A model generated the notes under the pieces. The model was given only the letters and a program-made list of their open reading frames with translations. It had not been told where the DNA came from and did no database searches. DNA of 64,000 nucleotides, from positions 180,415 through 244,414 of the forward strand of contig JAIPIA010000001.1 of assembly GCA_021734945.1 (NCBI GenBank), given 5' to 3'. Positions within the stretch are counted from its first letter, which is position 1, and each line of letters opens with the position of its first letter. The position numbers were made by a program, and so were the translations under genes. Source of the DNA: Minisyncoccota bacterium. Its GTDB lineage: Bacteria; Patescibacteriota; Minisyncoccia; Phycocordibacterales; CAIZLB01. Below are positions 49,002 to 58,298 of the stretch, one piece after another.

Positions 49002-49607
49002 CTATCGCTTGTAATATTCCAATACAGAGTTTAGATCAAACAGTAGTTCCTGGCCGTCCAATGTCGGTAGTCTGAGGGCAGATGCCTGCTTCTTTTCTAT
49101 GTTCCAAGTTAACCAAGTAGGAGTTGTGATAGTTTTGAGTTTTTCTTCAAGTTCTTTAAAGATACCATTAGCTTTACTACCGATTCGTACATCAATAGTA
49201 TCACCAGGTTTAACAATGTAAGATGGAACGTTAAGTTTTCGTCCGTTTACCAAAATATGTCCATGAGACACAACCTGTCGAGCAAACTGTCGAGTTGTAG
49301 CGATACCTAGTCGGTATACAACATTGTCGAGTCGAGTTTCAAGAGCTGTAAATACATCATTTGAAGGAGTGTGACTACCTGATTCGATAACCTTTTTGAT
49401 ATATGAAGAAAACTGTCTTTCAGAAATACCATATGTAAATCGAGCTTTTTGCTTTTCGATAAGCTGCTTTGAGAACTCAGTTTTTGATGCAGGTCGTTTT
49501 GACTTCTTCTTGTCACCAAGAGTAGCCTTAAACTTTGCAGTTTGAGTTTTTTCAAATATTGGTGCACCGAGTCTTCGTGCGATTTTGAATTTAGGTCCTA
49601 GTTTCAT
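49002..49607 (-). CDS. rpsD: 30S ribosomal protein S4
   Basis: 'MKLGPKFKIARRLGAPIF...' and an S4 RNA-binding domain 'RLDNVVYRLGIATTRQFARQVVSHGHILVNGR'. Confidence 0.9.
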   Translation of the reverse strand: MKLGPKFKIARRLGAPIFEKTQTAKFKATLGDKKKSKRPASKTEFSKQLIEKQKARFTYGISERQFSSYIKKVIESGSHTPSNDVFTALETRLDNVVYRLGIATTRQFARQVVSHGHILVNGRKLNVPSYIVKPGDTIDVRIGSKANGIFKELEEKLKTITTPTWLTWNIEKKQASALRLPTLDGQELLFDLNSVLEYYKR

Positions 49608-49633
49608 TTGATTATTTAGATATTTATTGCTAA

Positions 49634-50056
49634 TTACACTCGTCGAGGTTTCTTTGGCTTAGGTCCGTTGTGTGGCACCGGAGTTTCGTCCTTGATACCT
49701 GCAATACCTACACCTTTTGTGATAAATGAACGAATAGCTGATTCTCGGCCTGATCCAACACCTTTGATAACTACTGAAATCTCTTTCATACCCATAGCGG
49801 CAGCTTTGTCAGCAAGAACTTCACCAATCTTTGCTGCTGCGAAAGGAGTTCCTTTCTTTGCACCTTTAAAACCAAGAGATCCTGAAGTTGACCATGCGAG
49901 TGCATTGCCTTTTAGGTCTGTAAGAACAAGTTTAGTGTTGTTATATGTAGACTGAACGTGGAGGATACCAGCGTCAACTTTTCTTTTTGAAGCAGAAGAA
50001 GCTGATTTTGTTGCAGCTGCGTCTCCTCCTGTTGTTACGATTCGTTTCTTACCCAT
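49634..50056 (-). CDS. rpsK: 30S ribosomal protein S11
   Basis: 'GILHVQSTYNNTKLVLTDLKGNALAWSTSG...' is canonical S11. Confidence 0.9.
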   Translation of the reverse strand: MGKKRIVTTGGDAAATKSASSASKRKVDAGILHVQSTYNNTKLVLTDLKGNALAWSTSGSLGFKGAKKGTPFAAAKIGEVLADKAAAMGMKEISVVIKGVGSGRESAIRSFITKGVGIAGIKDETPVPHNGPKPKKPRRV

Positions 50057-50096
50057 TGGTTTAAATTTATGTGTGTATTACTTCAGATATTAATAA

Positions 50097-50474
50097 TTAT
50101 TTCTTTGTCTCCTTCTTCTTACCAGAACCCATAGTCTTTTTGACACCCTTCAAAGTTCGAGCATTTGTCTTTGTTCTCTGACCACGTGCAGGAAGACGTC
50201 GAGTATGTCGTGAACCTCGGTAACTCTTTATATCCTTGAGTCGCTTGATGTTTCCACCAACTTCTCGTTTGAGGTCTGCTTCGAGCTTGTAAGATTCAAC
50301 GATACTACGGATTTTGTTTTCTTCTTCAGTTGAAATCTCGTTTGTTGTCTTAGCGAAATCAACACCAGCTTCAGTGAGAATAGTGTGAGCTCTAGATCGG
50401 CCAATACCATATAAGGCTGTCAATGCCATTTCTAGTCTTTTATTTTCTGGGATTGTGATACCGAGTATACGCAT
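50097..50474 (-). CDS. rpsM: 30S ribosomal protein S13
   Basis: 'MRILGITIPENKRLEMALTALYGIGRSRAHTIL'. Confidence 0.9.
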   Translation of the reverse strand: MRILGITIPENKRLEMALTALYGIGRSRAHTILTEAGVDFAKTTNEISTEEENKIRSIVESYKLEADLKREVGGNIKRLKDIKSYRGSRHTRRLPARGQRTKTNARTLKGVKKTMGSGKKKETKK

Positions 50475-50556
50475 GGGATTGTTGTTTGGTTGCTTAGAAG
50501 TTTGCTAATTAAACAGTTTTACTAATTTATAAAAACAGGTCAGGCAGTAGTACTGC

Positions 50557-50673
50557 TTAACCTTGTTTTTGTTTATGTCGAATATTTGCCTTGCATGTAA
50601 TATAAACAGCCCCCTTTCGTCGGACTACTTTACAATGTGGACATTTTGTTTTAACTGAGGCTTTTACTCGCAT
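50557..50673 (-). CDS. rpmJ: 50S ribosomal protein L36 (38 aa, missed by the 60-aa ORF cutoff)
   Basis: Minus-strand translation gives [38 protein letters not shown]. This is the canonical zinc-ribbon L36, in the expected infA-rpmJ-rpsM position. Confidence 0.85.
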   Translation of the reverse strand: MRVKASVKTKCPHCKVVRRKGAVYITCKANIRHKQKQG

Positions 50674-50813
50674 AAATTTATATATAAAAAGTCGTGGTGG
50701 TTATCCTACTATAACCAGATTAAAAAGTAAAGTTTAATAACAGAAAATCGGCATACCTGGTTTTAAAGGCCAGATTCTACCAAACTCACCATCTACATTC
50801 GTTCAGTAACTTG

Positions 50814-51035
50814 TTACATTCTCCGAGTAATTCTAGCTTTTCCCCCGTAAGGGTCAATTTCTAAACTTACTCTGTCTCCAATTACCACACGAATGCGATT
50901 GTGTATCATCTTACCTCCCAAAAAACTTAAAACGAGATCTGTGGTTCCTTCAATTTGTACTCTAAACAAAGTGTTTGGAAGTGACTCCATGACTGTTCCA
51001 TATACTACGTTTTTTCCTGTTTTGGGTGTATCCAT
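50814..51035 (-). CDS. infA: Translation initiation factor IF-1
   Basis: S1-like OB fold '...LFRVQIEGTTDLVLSFLGGKMIHNRIRVVIGDRVSLEIDPYGGKARITRR'. Confidence 0.85.
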   Translation of the reverse strand: MDTPKTGKNVVYGTVMESLPNTLFRVQIEGTTDLVLSFLGGKMIHNRIRVVIGDRVSLEIDPYGGKARITRRM

Positions 51036-51106
51036 GTTCTGTTTGTAGGTGATTTATATAGTAACAGTTTTGCTAGCGAGCGTCAAACTTTTTGAAGATA
51101 TTTTAG

Positions 51107-52621
51107 TTATTCTTCAGTTTTAATTTCAATTTTGTCAGAAGATGGCAATTTTTTGTTCCACCAAGGTCGAATATCTATCTCAATTGTCTCAAGTTCTACT
51201 AGTCTTTTGATGGCTCCGATCGCTTGTTCTTTTTCTAAACCGCTCACAGCTTTTGCAACCTTAGAAACGTCAATCGCAGAGGATATCGTTGTTGTGCCAC
51301 TTACAGAGACTGAACTTGAATCTTTGCTTATATTTACGATAAGTTTTGATAAATCCCCTGTATACACAATTTCGTCAGCAGTAGCTGTCGCTGAAATATC
51401 TGATGAAGTCGCTGTACTTTCGTCAGATTGCATTTTTATTATTTGTTCAAACAATGATGTAGAATCAAATATCATTGCACTCACTTTTGCAGAAATAGTT
51501 ATAGTAGCGGTTTTTCCATCTTTTGAAACTTCTTGCTTTGTTTCTCCGTAACTTGTTTGTTTAGTTGTAGGTACATATGCAAAAGTATCGCCTTTTGATT
51601 TAACTAATTTGGCAAAGTATGAGTCAGCTTCTTTTGCAATTTCATCTTTTATAGAACTGACAGCACTGCTTGTGTCCTTTGAGGTAATGTTTGGAACAGT
51701 ACCTGAAAAACCATTAGTAAGAGAAGTTTTTGAACGTCCATATATTGAGTCATACATATCTGAACCTTTATAAGCAACAACACTAAAGTCTTTTAATCCT
51801 TGATTATATTTGTCTCCTGATTCACTTGCTTCTATTTCAGCTTCAATGCTGCCAGGTACTTTTTTACCACTAACAGTTTTTTGAGCCGGAATGTTGACGG
51901 TTGTCTTAAGTTTATAAATTAGACCATTTGGTGTTTGGAGTCGAGTTCCTCCTACTAGCTTTTGAGTTGAACTATTGTATGCATTATACAAAACCACCTT
52001 ACCTGTCGCTTTTCTATCTACTTTTATTGTCCCATTTGCAGTAATCTCTGTGCTTTTACTAATTTCAGTGTTGTTGTCTTCGTGTTTTATTAAATCTAAA
52101 GCTAAATTAGACTCTTTAAGGACAAGGTCGTGTTTAACGGGATTAATTGTGATTGTTGCACTGGTAAAAAAGATTGAGAAAATAGCAATACCAGCACTAG
52201 CTAAAACAGCTAGTGCGACCCATGCTCTCCAAAAAGAATTATTTTTTGTATTTCTCCATTCTTCAAATGATTCTTCTTCGTCAAAAGTATCATCTTCAAT
52301 CTTTGTAGGACCTTTCCGTACCTGTACAGGATTTTCAAGATCTTCGTCAACTATTTCTGGTTCAATCTCAATATATGAACTTTTTGATTCATGGGATGAA
52401 CTAGATTTTGAACGTATTCCGTCCATTGTCTGTCGACTATGGTGGATTTTTAAATTTGTTTCAGTGATTTCGTTTATCGTGTGGCCATTTTTTGCACTCT
52501 TTCCAATCTCAACCTCGTCCACTACTTTTGACTCAAAAACTACGTCAGTCTTTTTCGTAATAGGAATATTACGAATGCTTCTCTTTTCATTTGGAATTAT
52601 GTCGTAGAATGCTTTTTTCAT
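51107..52621 (-). CDS. Large bitopic membrane protein (about 150-aa cytoplasmic N-terminus, 1 TM, S/T-rich extracytoplasmic domain), hypothetical
   Basis: A single TM 'WRAWVALAVLASAGIAIFSIFF'. N-terminal 'DIIPNEKR' loosely recalls the PilN-type 'INLLP..R' motif. The start overlaps the stop of the upstream ATPase by 4 nt. Confidence 0.4.
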   Translation of the reverse strand: MKKAFYDIIPNEKRSIRNIPITKKTDVVFESKVVDEVEIGKSAKNGHTINEITETNLKIHHSRQTMDGIRSKSSSSHESKSSYIEIEPEIVDEDLENPVQVRKGPTKIEDDTFDEEESFEEWRNTKNNSFWRAWVALAVLASAGIAIFSIFFTSATITINPVKHDLVLKESNLALDLIKHEDNNTEISKSTEITANGTIKVDRKATGKVVLYNAYNSSTQKLVGGTRLQTPNGLIYKLKTTVNIPAQKTVSGKKVPGSIEAEIEASESGDKYNQGLKDFSVVAYKGSDMYDSIYGRSKTSLTNGFSGTVPNITSKDTSSAVSSIKDEIAKEADSYFAKLVKSKGDTFAYVPTTKQTSYGETKQEVSKDGKTATITISAKVSAMIFDSTSLFEQIIKMQSDESTATSSDISATATADEIVYTGDLSKLIVNISKDSSSVSVSGTTTISSAIDVSKVAKAVSGLEKEQAIGAIKRLVELETIEIDIRPWWNKKLPSSDKIEIKTEE

Positions 52622-53778
52622 AGTGATTTCATTTTTGAATTAAATATTGCTCCAATCATGAGTGATAAATCTCCTGTAGCCCCATTCTCAATTTTACAGT
52701 AAGGCATAAGGTCTGGCACACCTACGCTTTTAACTTCGAATTTTCCTTCTGCAAATGAAAACTGTTGATACTCTTCGCATGTGATGTAGTCGCTAAAGAT
52801 GTGCACTACATCTTTAGGTGCAAAAAGGAAAAAATTGTTAGGTAGTGATGAACTTGCTGACATTACAGCAAGTGACTCTGAGAAGCTTTCTAGCCAATCC
52901 TTTTTTGCAGATGCGAGTGCTGTGTCCAGTTTTTTACCAAGTTCCTCCTCTATTTTACCTTCATTTTTCATATGTAAGAGCGATTCTGCAACTTCTGTGG
53001 CTACTTTTAATTTATCGGCAACAGCCTTAACTAAAAACTGTTTACCTCTAGGAAATGAGTAAGCTTCAGACAACGCACCTTTTCTAACTGCAACAAGTTC
53101 TGTTAATTGAGATGTAACATCAGCGATAATATATTGACTGAGGTCGTGCCATGTGTCACTAATAACAGTAAATGAAACAAGGGATTGAGAATGAATAGAT
53201 ATCTCTTTTGCATGGAAATTTGTATCTATAATGTCTCGTATTTGGTCTGCAGAAGATTTTCGAACAAAACTTGTGAAAATAGTCATGTCTAGTGTTTCCG
53301 CTTTTTTCTTTAGAGGATTATTAGTTGGATATCCATTGAGAGTTACGTTGATAATTTTTTGTTCTAAAATTGCCACATCTACTTTATGTGCATCACGGTA
53401 CGCTTTAACAATATTTTCACGAGAATTTGATAAAAGAGAGTCTGTGACCAAGAAAGGTTTTTGTTCTTTTATTTTTATAACTGAAGTCTCGGAAATATAC
53501 CAAGGTGATGAAACAAGAACAAAGGCGCCCTCAATTTTTAATTTGTAATCTTTACTAGCCAAATCCTTAAAATTTTCACTCTTAAATTCACGTACGAGTT
53601 CTCCGAATTCAAAAAGGATACGCTTCTCAAGATGTTCTCTGTCTCTTTCATCAAAATGAGGCAAGTTACGAATAGTTGTAGAAATAATTCGTGGTTGCTT
53701 TGCTTTTTCATGCACAACAACTGCAGCTTTGACTACTCCGTTTCCAATATAAAAAACAAGTGAACTAGGAAGTTTCAT
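52618..53778 (-). CDS. Divergent actin-fold ATPase (FtsA/PilM-like)
   Basis: Phosphate-1-like 'LVFYIGNGVVKAAVV' and phosphate-2-like 'IIADVTSQLTELVAVRKG' (cf. DIGGGTTD). 386 aa. Confidence 0.35.
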   Translation of the reverse strand: MKLPSSLVFYIGNGVVKAAVVVHEKAKQPRIISTTIRNLPHFDERDREHLEKRILFEFGELVREFKSENFKDLASKDYKLKIEGAFVLVSSPWYISETSVIKIKEQKPFLVTDSLLSNSRENIVKAYRDAHKVDVAILEQKIINVTLNGYPTNNPLKKKAETLDMTIFTSFVRKSSADQIRDIIDTNFHAKEISIHSQSLVSFTVISDTWHDLSQYIIADVTSQLTELVAVRKGALSEAYSFPRGKQFLVKAVADKLKVATEVAESLLHMKNEGKIEEELGKKLDTALASAKKDWLESFSESLAVMSASSSLPNNFFLFAPKDVVHIFSDYITCEEYQQFSFAEGKFEVKSVGVPDLMPYCKIENGATGDLSLMIGAIFNSKMKSL

Positions 53779-53896
53779 ATTATGTGTATAAGTATAACAA
53801 ATTTACCAATACGAGCATGTTTTTTGTACACAGCAAGACTCAGGTATGACTGATGTCTAACGTGAAGTTTAATTTAGGAAGCTAAACCTATGTTAC

Positions 53897-55810
53897 TTAA
53901 CTGAGAACTGCTTTAATTCGTCTTACCCCAGCAGATACAGCTTCTTCTTTTTGAATCTTGAACGTACCAAGTTCAGATGTATTTTTTACGTGAGGGCCAC
54001 CACAGAATTCTTTTGAGAATGCATCACTCATATGTGAACCTTTGTCATCTGCACCCTTACCAATGTAGTAGACAGTTACAGTGTCGCCATATTTTTCACC
54101 AAAGAAGTGAAGTGCACCAGTTTTTTCAGCTTCGCTAAATGGAAGACTTACAACTGATACAGGAAGTGCTTCTTTAATCTTTTCATTCACAATAGATTCA
54201 ACCCGAGCTTTCTCCTCATCTGTCATCTTTGTAGGATGAGCGAAGTCAAAACGAAGTCTCTCTGGAGTAATGTTACTACCCTTTTGCTGAACATGTTCAC
54301 CAAGAACCATTCGAAGTGCTTGGTGTAGAAGGTGCGTAGCTGTGTGATATCGAACAGACATTTCGCCTGTGTCACCAAGTCCTCCTTTGAACTTACCTTC
54401 TGCACCTGAACGTGAAAGTGCTTTATGTGCTTCAAATTTTGTGTCAAAATCTGTAATGTCTACTTCAAAACCCTTTTCCTTAGACATTTCTTTTACCATT
54501 TCAAATGGAAAACCATATGTTGTGACGAGTTTGAAGGCAATTTCACCGCTTATTACCTTTGAATTCTCTTCAGAAAGTTTTGATATATTTTTATTAAATT
54601 CTTTAAGTCCATCTTTAAGTGTATTTCGAAATTTCTTTTCCTCAGTATCAATAGTTACTTTAATAGTTTCTCGAAGTCGCCCAACATTTTCATATATATC
54701 TTTGTACTGGTCGATCAATGTGTCAGCAATCCAAAAGAGTGAGCTAGGTTTCATTCCAAGTTCATCAGCTACTCGCACAGCTCGACGGATAAGTCTTCGC
54801 AGAATATATCCTTGATCAGTATTTGAAGGTGTAACACCATCTGAAATAAGCATCACAGAAGTTCGAGTATGGTCTGCAATGATTCGCTCATTTTTTGTGT
54901 CTTCTTTTTTGTCTGGCGAAGCTGAACTTGTTTTAAGCTCTGCTATCTTTGCAAAAGTAGTTTCGAAAATATCTGTATCGTATGCATTTGTCTTTCCTTG
55001 AAGAACCATAACTACACGCTCGTAGCCTGAACCTGTGTCCACATTTTTAGATGCGAGCTTCCCTACAACTTTTCCATCATCTTTCTGATATTCCATAAAA
55101 ACATCGTTCCAGATTTCGACAAGCTGCTGTTTTTCATCGGCCACTTTGTATTCATCAAGAGTAAGGCCTTTTGTAAGTTCACCAGTAACATCATAAAACA
55201 TTTCAGTACAAGGACCAGTTGGGCCTGACCAATTACCCTCACCTTTTTTCACAGCTGGCCACCAGTTTGCATCAGCTCCGAGGAAATATATTCGCTCGCC
55301 TGTTACTCCATTTTTTTCAAAAATACTTTTCCAAATACCAGCAGTTTCTTCGTCTCGCGGCACAGTTTCATCACCTGTATAACAAGTTACATAAAGTCGC
55401 TGTGGATCAAGTCCAAAGCCTTCTTCTTTATTTGTAAGAAGTTCGTAACTCCACTCTATTGCTTCTTTTTTGAAATAGTCACCGAGAGACCAGTTGCCCA
55501 TCATTTCAAAGAAAGTGAAATGTGTATTGTCGCCGATATCATCAAAGTCTACAGTACGCACACATTTTTGAAAGTTTGTGAGCCGAGTTCCAAGAGGATG
55601 CTTTTCACCAAGAAGATATGGTACGAGAGGTTGCATTCCTGCAGTGTTAAAAAGAACAGAAGGGTCATTTTCAGGTACAAGTGGAGCACTAGGAATCACT
55701 GCATGTCCTCTTTTTTCAAAAAAGGCGAGAAATCGCTTACGGATTTCTGATGATTTCATAAGTGGTTGTGAAGATATCACTGATGGTTGAGTTGGTTGTT
55801 CTGAAGACAT
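53897..55810 (-). CDS. alaS: Alanyl-tRNA synthetase, short form lacking the C-terminal C-Ala domain
   Basis: 'FFEKRGHAVIPSAPLVPENDPSVLFNTAGMQPLVPYLLG' N-terminal catalytic core. Editing-domain 'HTATHLLHQALR...' and 'CGGPHV'. Ends about 640 aa. Confidence 0.85.
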   Translation of the reverse strand: MSSEQPTQPSVISSQPLMKSSEIRKRFLAFFEKRGHAVIPSAPLVPENDPSVLFNTAGMQPLVPYLLGEKHPLGTRLTNFQKCVRTVDFDDIGDNTHFTFFEMMGNWSLGDYFKKEAIEWSYELLTNKEEGFGLDPQRLYVTCYTGDETVPRDEETAGIWKSIFEKNGVTGERIYFLGADANWWPAVKKGEGNWSGPTGPCTEMFYDVTGELTKGLTLDEYKVADEKQQLVEIWNDVFMEYQKDDGKVVGKLASKNVDTGSGYERVVMVLQGKTNAYDTDIFETTFAKIAELKTSSASPDKKEDTKNERIIADHTRTSVMLISDGVTPSNTDQGYILRRLIRRAVRVADELGMKPSSLFWIADTLIDQYKDIYENVGRLRETIKVTIDTEEKKFRNTLKDGLKEFNKNISKLSEENSKVISGEIAFKLVTTYGFPFEMVKEMSKEKGFEVDITDFDTKFEAHKALSRSGAEGKFKGGLGDTGEMSVRYHTATHLLHQALRMVLGEHVQQKGSNITPERLRFDFAHPTKMTDEEKARVESIVNEKIKEALPVSVVSLPFSEAEKTGALHFFGEKYGDTVTVYYIGKGADDKGSHMSDAFSKEFCGGPHVKNTSELGTFKIQKEEAVSAGVRRIKAVLS

Positions 55811-55912
55811 AGTGTGGTCGATTTTAACACAATATTGGGCCGTATTCCATCTTTTAATCCTACTCAAAAATACTCTTCAAAAACTCCTCAACAGAATACG
55901 AACCTAGCTTAA

Positions 55913-57748
55913 TTACTTCTTTCCAATCAATCCAATCTTTTTAGCTAATTTAGTTGCAACGTTTAACTCCTCTCTGATTTGATTAATACCTGATTCAAAG
56001 AACTCAGGCTTTGAGGTGTCAATGCCGATTGATTTGAATATTTCGTAGGGGCTCATACTTCCCCCATAACTCAAAAACTGCTTAACTTTCTCAATAAAAG
56101 ATGGGTCTTCTTTGTATTTTGCATACAGTGCTTTACTTATAATCTGCCCGTATGCATAAGAATACACATAAAAGAAATATCTAAAATGCGGAACATTTGT
56201 GAATGCATAACCGTCAGTATCAATTACTTCTACTGCAGGACCATTTGTTGCTTTTGCGTTTTTAACATAAAGAGCAGCCATTTCCTCTTTTGAAATACTA
56301 CCTTTTTCCTTGATGGCTTTGTGCAGATCTTTTTCAAAGTTAAAGAATTGTGTTTGTCTGAACATTAGACCGATACTGTCTTCTATTTGTGTAAGCAAGG
56401 CAATGACTTTTTCTTCCTCAGAAAGCTTCTCGTATGTATGTGCAAATACAATATGTTCAAAGAATGTACTTGCAACTTCAGCAATTGATATAGGATAGTT
56501 TACATAAAGTTCTGGCTGACTAAAGGCTAGTTTTGTGTGAATAGCATGACCCATTTCATGAGCGAGCACCATAACTCCGTCCGCAGTTTCGTCAAAATTT
56601 AATAAAATGTAGATAGGTGCAGACTTTGGACTACTTGTACAGTAAGCTCCACCTCTCTTGCCTTTTCGTGAATATATATCGATGTTTCCACCTTCAACCA
56701 TTTCTTTTAGAAAATTAGCGAAGAAAGGATCTGCTTTTGCAAATGCTTCATGTACTGTAGATACAGCCTCTTCAAAACTAATTTTTTTATTTGTTTTGGA
56801 AATATCAACAAGTAAATCTGGAATACGCATTTTCTTCAAACCCATCACTGATGCTTTTATTTTGTAAAAATCTTGAGCGATTTTGTAATTTTTGGTAATT
56901 GTTTCAGTAAGATTTTCTACGGTTTTTACATCATTTTCATAAGTTATTACAGTGATTTCATAAGGGGTTTTTGCTCCACGTAGTTCATCTTCAACTTTCT
57001 TGTCGGTGATGATGGCATTTAATTCAGCTTCTGCCATGAAAGAAATTTCTTTAAACTTATCCATTACCAAATCATGTAATGCATATCTTTCCTTGAGAGG
57101 AAGTTTTTTTCGCATTATCAAAGCTTCTTGAATGGATAAATCTTTCCCTTTATATTTTACAGTCTTTGAAGTTGCAAGTTTTTGCTGTGCTTGAACCCAC
57201 ATTCTATGAGATGTCTCACTTTTTAGACTCAGAATTTTTTCCTCAGGTTCACTGAGATTATATTTAGATCTGATAAATATTTTTTCAAGAAAATATGAAT
57301 AATCTTTAAATATAGGGTTTTTAAGTAGTTCTTGTTGCTTTTCCTTTGTAATCTTAGAAAGATTTATTTCAAAAAATAAAATGAGGTTACTTGCCTTTGT
57401 AAGACGTTCAGTGATTTGAGTGAGCTTAGCAAGTGCCTTTGTATTACCTGTGTCAATATCTTTATAATGTTCTAGATAAAATTGTGGCTTTATTCCATCA
57501 GAGTTTTCATGTAATTTTTCAAAATCTTTGAGAGCTGCAAGAAGTCTTGAATCGTCTTCTAGATATGATGAGTCCTTTGCATATTTTTTAGCAAAATCAG
57601 CAAATAACTTCTCAATCATCGTAGTGTCAGTATCAATTTTAGGGTCATTAATACCCTTGTAGAGCGGGCTAAGGTCCCATGTAGATTTTATTTTGAATGC
57701 ACTTTTCGTAGACACAGCCTTTTTATTTAAATTTGATGCTTTTTTCAT
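55913..57748 (-). CDS. pepF: Oligoendopeptidase F (M3 family)
   Basis: Zinc motif 'VLAHEMGHAIH' (HExxH). Overall length and organisation are PepF-like. Confidence 0.85.
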   Translation of the reverse strand: MKKASNLNKKAVSTKSAFKIKSTWDLSPLYKGINDPKIDTDTTMIEKLFADFAKKYAKDSSYLEDDSRLLAALKDFEKLHENSDGIKPQFYLEHYKDIDTGNTKALAKLTQITERLTKASNLILFFEINLSKITKEKQQELLKNPIFKDYSYFLEKIFIRSKYNLSEPEEKILSLKSETSHRMWVQAQQKLATSKTVKYKGKDLSIQEALIMRKKLPLKERYALHDLVMDKFKEISFMAEAELNAIITDKKVEDELRGAKTPYEITVITYENDVKTVENLTETITKNYKIAQDFYKIKASVMGLKKMRIPDLLVDISKTNKKISFEEAVSTVHEAFAKADPFFANFLKEMVEGGNIDIYSRKGKRGGAYCTSSPKSAPIYILLNFDETADGVMVLAHEMGHAIHTKLAFSQPELYVNYPISIAEVASTFFEHIVFAHTYEKLSEEEKVIALLTQIEDSIGLMFRQTQFFNFEKDLHKAIKEKGSISKEEMAALYVKNAKATNGPAVEVIDTDGYAFTNVPHFRYFFYVYSYAYGQIISKALYAKYKEDPSFIEKVKQFLSYGGSMSPYEIFKSIGIDTSKPEFFESGINQIREELNVATKLAKKIGLIGKK

Positions 57749-57784
57749 GTTTGATATCTATGTGTTTAATAAAAATATTTTATC

Positions 57785-58291
57785 CTATTCATCATTCCCT
57801 ACTTTTATTCTGTCCCAATCTGGTAAATCTTTATCTGTAACCTTTAAAACTTTAACTGGTCTGACTTTTTCATATGATCGCCATTCCATACTTTGTGGAC
57901 GACCTTCATCTTCTCCTTTACCTCGAGTATACGGCTTAAAATTTGATTTATCAAATAGGTACACAAAGCCAATTTTATCTTTAGTTTGTTCAAGAACTTC
58001 TTTATCAGAGACTCTAAAATCAATTACACCATCAGTAACGCCAAATCCACTGTTCCAATCTCCTTCAATATGAACATTTTTATTGTTAATAATAGCTCTA
58101 AATATTGCAAGTTCAATATATGGTGTTGCAGAAACTGCTGGTCTGCCGTCTAATATAGTTTTTGTAGGTTCTTTCAAATCAGGAATATGATTGCTTTGTC
58201 GAGGTTCAAGTTCTTCAATTGTTCCAATTGGCGAACCATGAAAAACATATTTCCCTTCTTGCTCCAGTTGTAAAAGTTGTTCTTTAGACAT
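57785..58291 (-). CDS. Hypothetical protein
   Basis: 168 aa. No recognisable motif. Sits 8 nt from the downstream Cas4-like gene. Confidence 0.35.
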   Translation of the reverse strand: MSKEQLLQLEQEGKYVFHGSPIGTIEELEPRQSNHIPDLKEPTKTILDGRPAVSATPYIELAIFRAIINNKNVHIEGDWNSGFGVTDGVIDFRVSDKEVLEQTKDKIGFVYLFDKSNFKPYTRGKGEDEGRPQSMEWRSYEKVRPVKVLKVTDKDLPDWDRIKVGNDE

Positions 58292-58298
58292 TTTTAAA

